Assembly: GCA_035607285.1 (NCBI GenBank)
Contig: DATNBZ010000204.1
Location: 18,850 to 82,849 of the forward strand
Source of the DNA: Blastocatellia bacterium
GTDB taxonomy: Bacteria; Acidobacteriota; Blastocatellia; UBA7656
Length of the DNA: 64,000 bases
Reading direction: 5' to 3'
The notes below the pieces were generated by a model that had not been told where the DNA came from, searched no databases, and was given only the letters and a program-made list of their open reading frames with translations. The position numbers and the translations under genes are program-made. The stretch's first letter is position 1. Each line of letters begins with the position of its first letter. Below are positions 62,974-64,000 of the stretch, piece after piece.

Positions 62974-63971
62974 TGCTGGTTCATCCTCTTTCTCGCCAAT
63001 ATCTCGACCGCGCGCAGGTGATCCTTGTAAGCGTCGTAACGGTTTGCGGTCGCGATCGGAAGCGCAGCATCCGAGTTCCCTTCCCAACGCCGGGCAAAGT
63101 ACACCGGCTCAAAAGTGCGAGCGATCTCATACTCTCGGCTTATTCGCAGAGCGAGTGAATAATCCTCGCCGTAGCTGACGTTCGGGAAACCCATCTGTCG
63201 CAACACTGGAACATAAAAAGCCCTGGGCGCGCCGAGGCCGTTGATCCTCAGCGCGTTGTTGCGGCCGTTCTCTCGGGTCCACTCACGATGATCGATCAAG
63301 CCGGGCGGAATCTCATTCAGATCGAAGTCTACAATCTTGTATGCTCCGATCATCATCGCACACGGGCCGGACGGACCTTCGTCAAGCTTTTCGACTATTG
63401 TCGCAAGTGTGCGATCGCTTGAATACAAATCATCAGAATCAAGCTGCACGGCGTACTCACCACAACACGAAGAGTAGATTGCTTCATTCCAGCAGCCGCC
63501 GATCCCAAGGTCATTCCTGGCCGGCTGCAGGTGAATCAGCCGCCTGTCACGCGAAGCAATCTCTTCAAGGATCGCAGAAGTGCGATCCGTCGAATGGTTG
63601 TCGACGACGATCACGTTGAAGTCAAAGGGCGCTCGTTGAGAGAGCGCACTGCCGACGGCATCCGCGATCGTGCGCTCGCGGTTGCGAACGGGAATCACGA
63701 CGCTCGCTCGCACGGGGAACACTTGCTCGCTGCGAGTAACAGATTTGAATTGCGGAGCGAGATACGCGCCAATGCGTTTGAGGTGCTCAGTCGCGACCTG
63801 CTCCATTTCGATTTGGTAATCGCGTTGCCGCGGATCAACGTAATCGAATTGACGCTGCCCGCTTGCCCGGGTGTCCGCAGGCACGCGCGTGTAAAGCGGC
63901 TCAGGGATTCGCAATAGCGTCGAATCGATCGAAAGCTTGAGCCTCAGGTCATATAGCCCAGCCCATCGCAA
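62970..63971 (-). CDS. glycosyltransferase family 2 protein
   Basis: GT-A motifs are present: ASVVIPVRNRERTIADAVGSALSQ, FNVIVVDNHSTDRTS and VQLDSDD. The reading frame stays open to the window end (64000), so the true start is undetermined (TTG 63971, ATG 63806, or beyond the window). Confidence 0.85.
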   Translation of the reverse strand: MRWAGLYDLRLKLSIDSTLLRIPEPLYTRVPADTRASGQRQFDYVDPRQRDYQIEMEQVATEHLKRIGAYLAPQFKSVTRSEQVFPVRASVVIPVRNRERTIADAVGSALSQRAPFDFNVIVVDNHSTDRTSAILEEIASRDRRLIHLQPARNDLGIGGCWNEAIYSSCCGEYAVQLDSDDLYSSDRTLATIVEKLDEGPSGPCAMMIGAYKIVDFDLNEIPPGLIDHREWTRENGRNNALRINGLGAPRAFYVPVLRQMGFPNVSYGEDYSLALRISREYEIARTFEPVYFARRWEGNSDAALPIATANRYDAYKDHLRAVEILARKRMNQQ

Positions 63972-64000
63972 CCGTTCATCAATGGGTCCGTGATTATTGA

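Overview
This 64 kb window reads as a chromosomal segment of roughly mid-50s % GC, estimated by eye. The gene content suggests a diderm soil bacterium such as an Acidobacteriota member, but that is inference and not a database result.

I support about 57 protein-coding genes. Most are housekeeping genes in familiar conserved neighbourhoods:
- yicC-gmk-rpoZ-coaBC
- dnaG-rpoD
- cdaA-cdaR-glmM
- mutS2
- a P5C dehydrogenase, an MsbA-like ABC exporter, a ClC channel, two APC permeases, S41 and S9 peptidases, and an acyl-CoA dehydrogenase pair

I found no rRNA, tRNA, CRISPR array, transposase, integrase or reverse transcriptase by eye.

The most unusual property is in the non-coding DNA. Many intergenic gaps hold a long imperfect palindrome, and I can sort these into at least eight sequence families.
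- Several families have arms built from short tandem repeats of 7 to 9 bp, present in inverted orientation.
- One such giant hairpin (869-1643) encloses an Avd-like four-helix-bundle gene in its loop, much like a 23S rRNA intervening sequence. Cargo-less versions sit at 14087-14283, 45224-45384 and 48276-48351.
- A MITE-like family shares the terminal inverted repeat GGGTGTGATTAAAAGCGGACTT (three copies).
- A 215 bp element contains a perfect 41 bp stem.
- One repeat/gene junction is tandemly triplicated.

Secondary points of interest:
- a frameshifted mazF-like toxin next to an intact antitoxin
- a translationally coupled PilN/PilO/PilP-like cluster with an atypical fourth gene and no adjacent PilM or secretin
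- a small AT-rich islet of unknown genes
- a small secreted cysteine-rich peptide
- a coupled GT2 / DUF4922 / SpoIID cluster

I did not find a clear-cut new enzymatic or defence system. The repeat-hairpin / four-helix-bundle cassette is my best candidate for something worth follow-up.

All coordinates for repeats and revised start codons were derived by hand from the sequence and may be off by a few bases.
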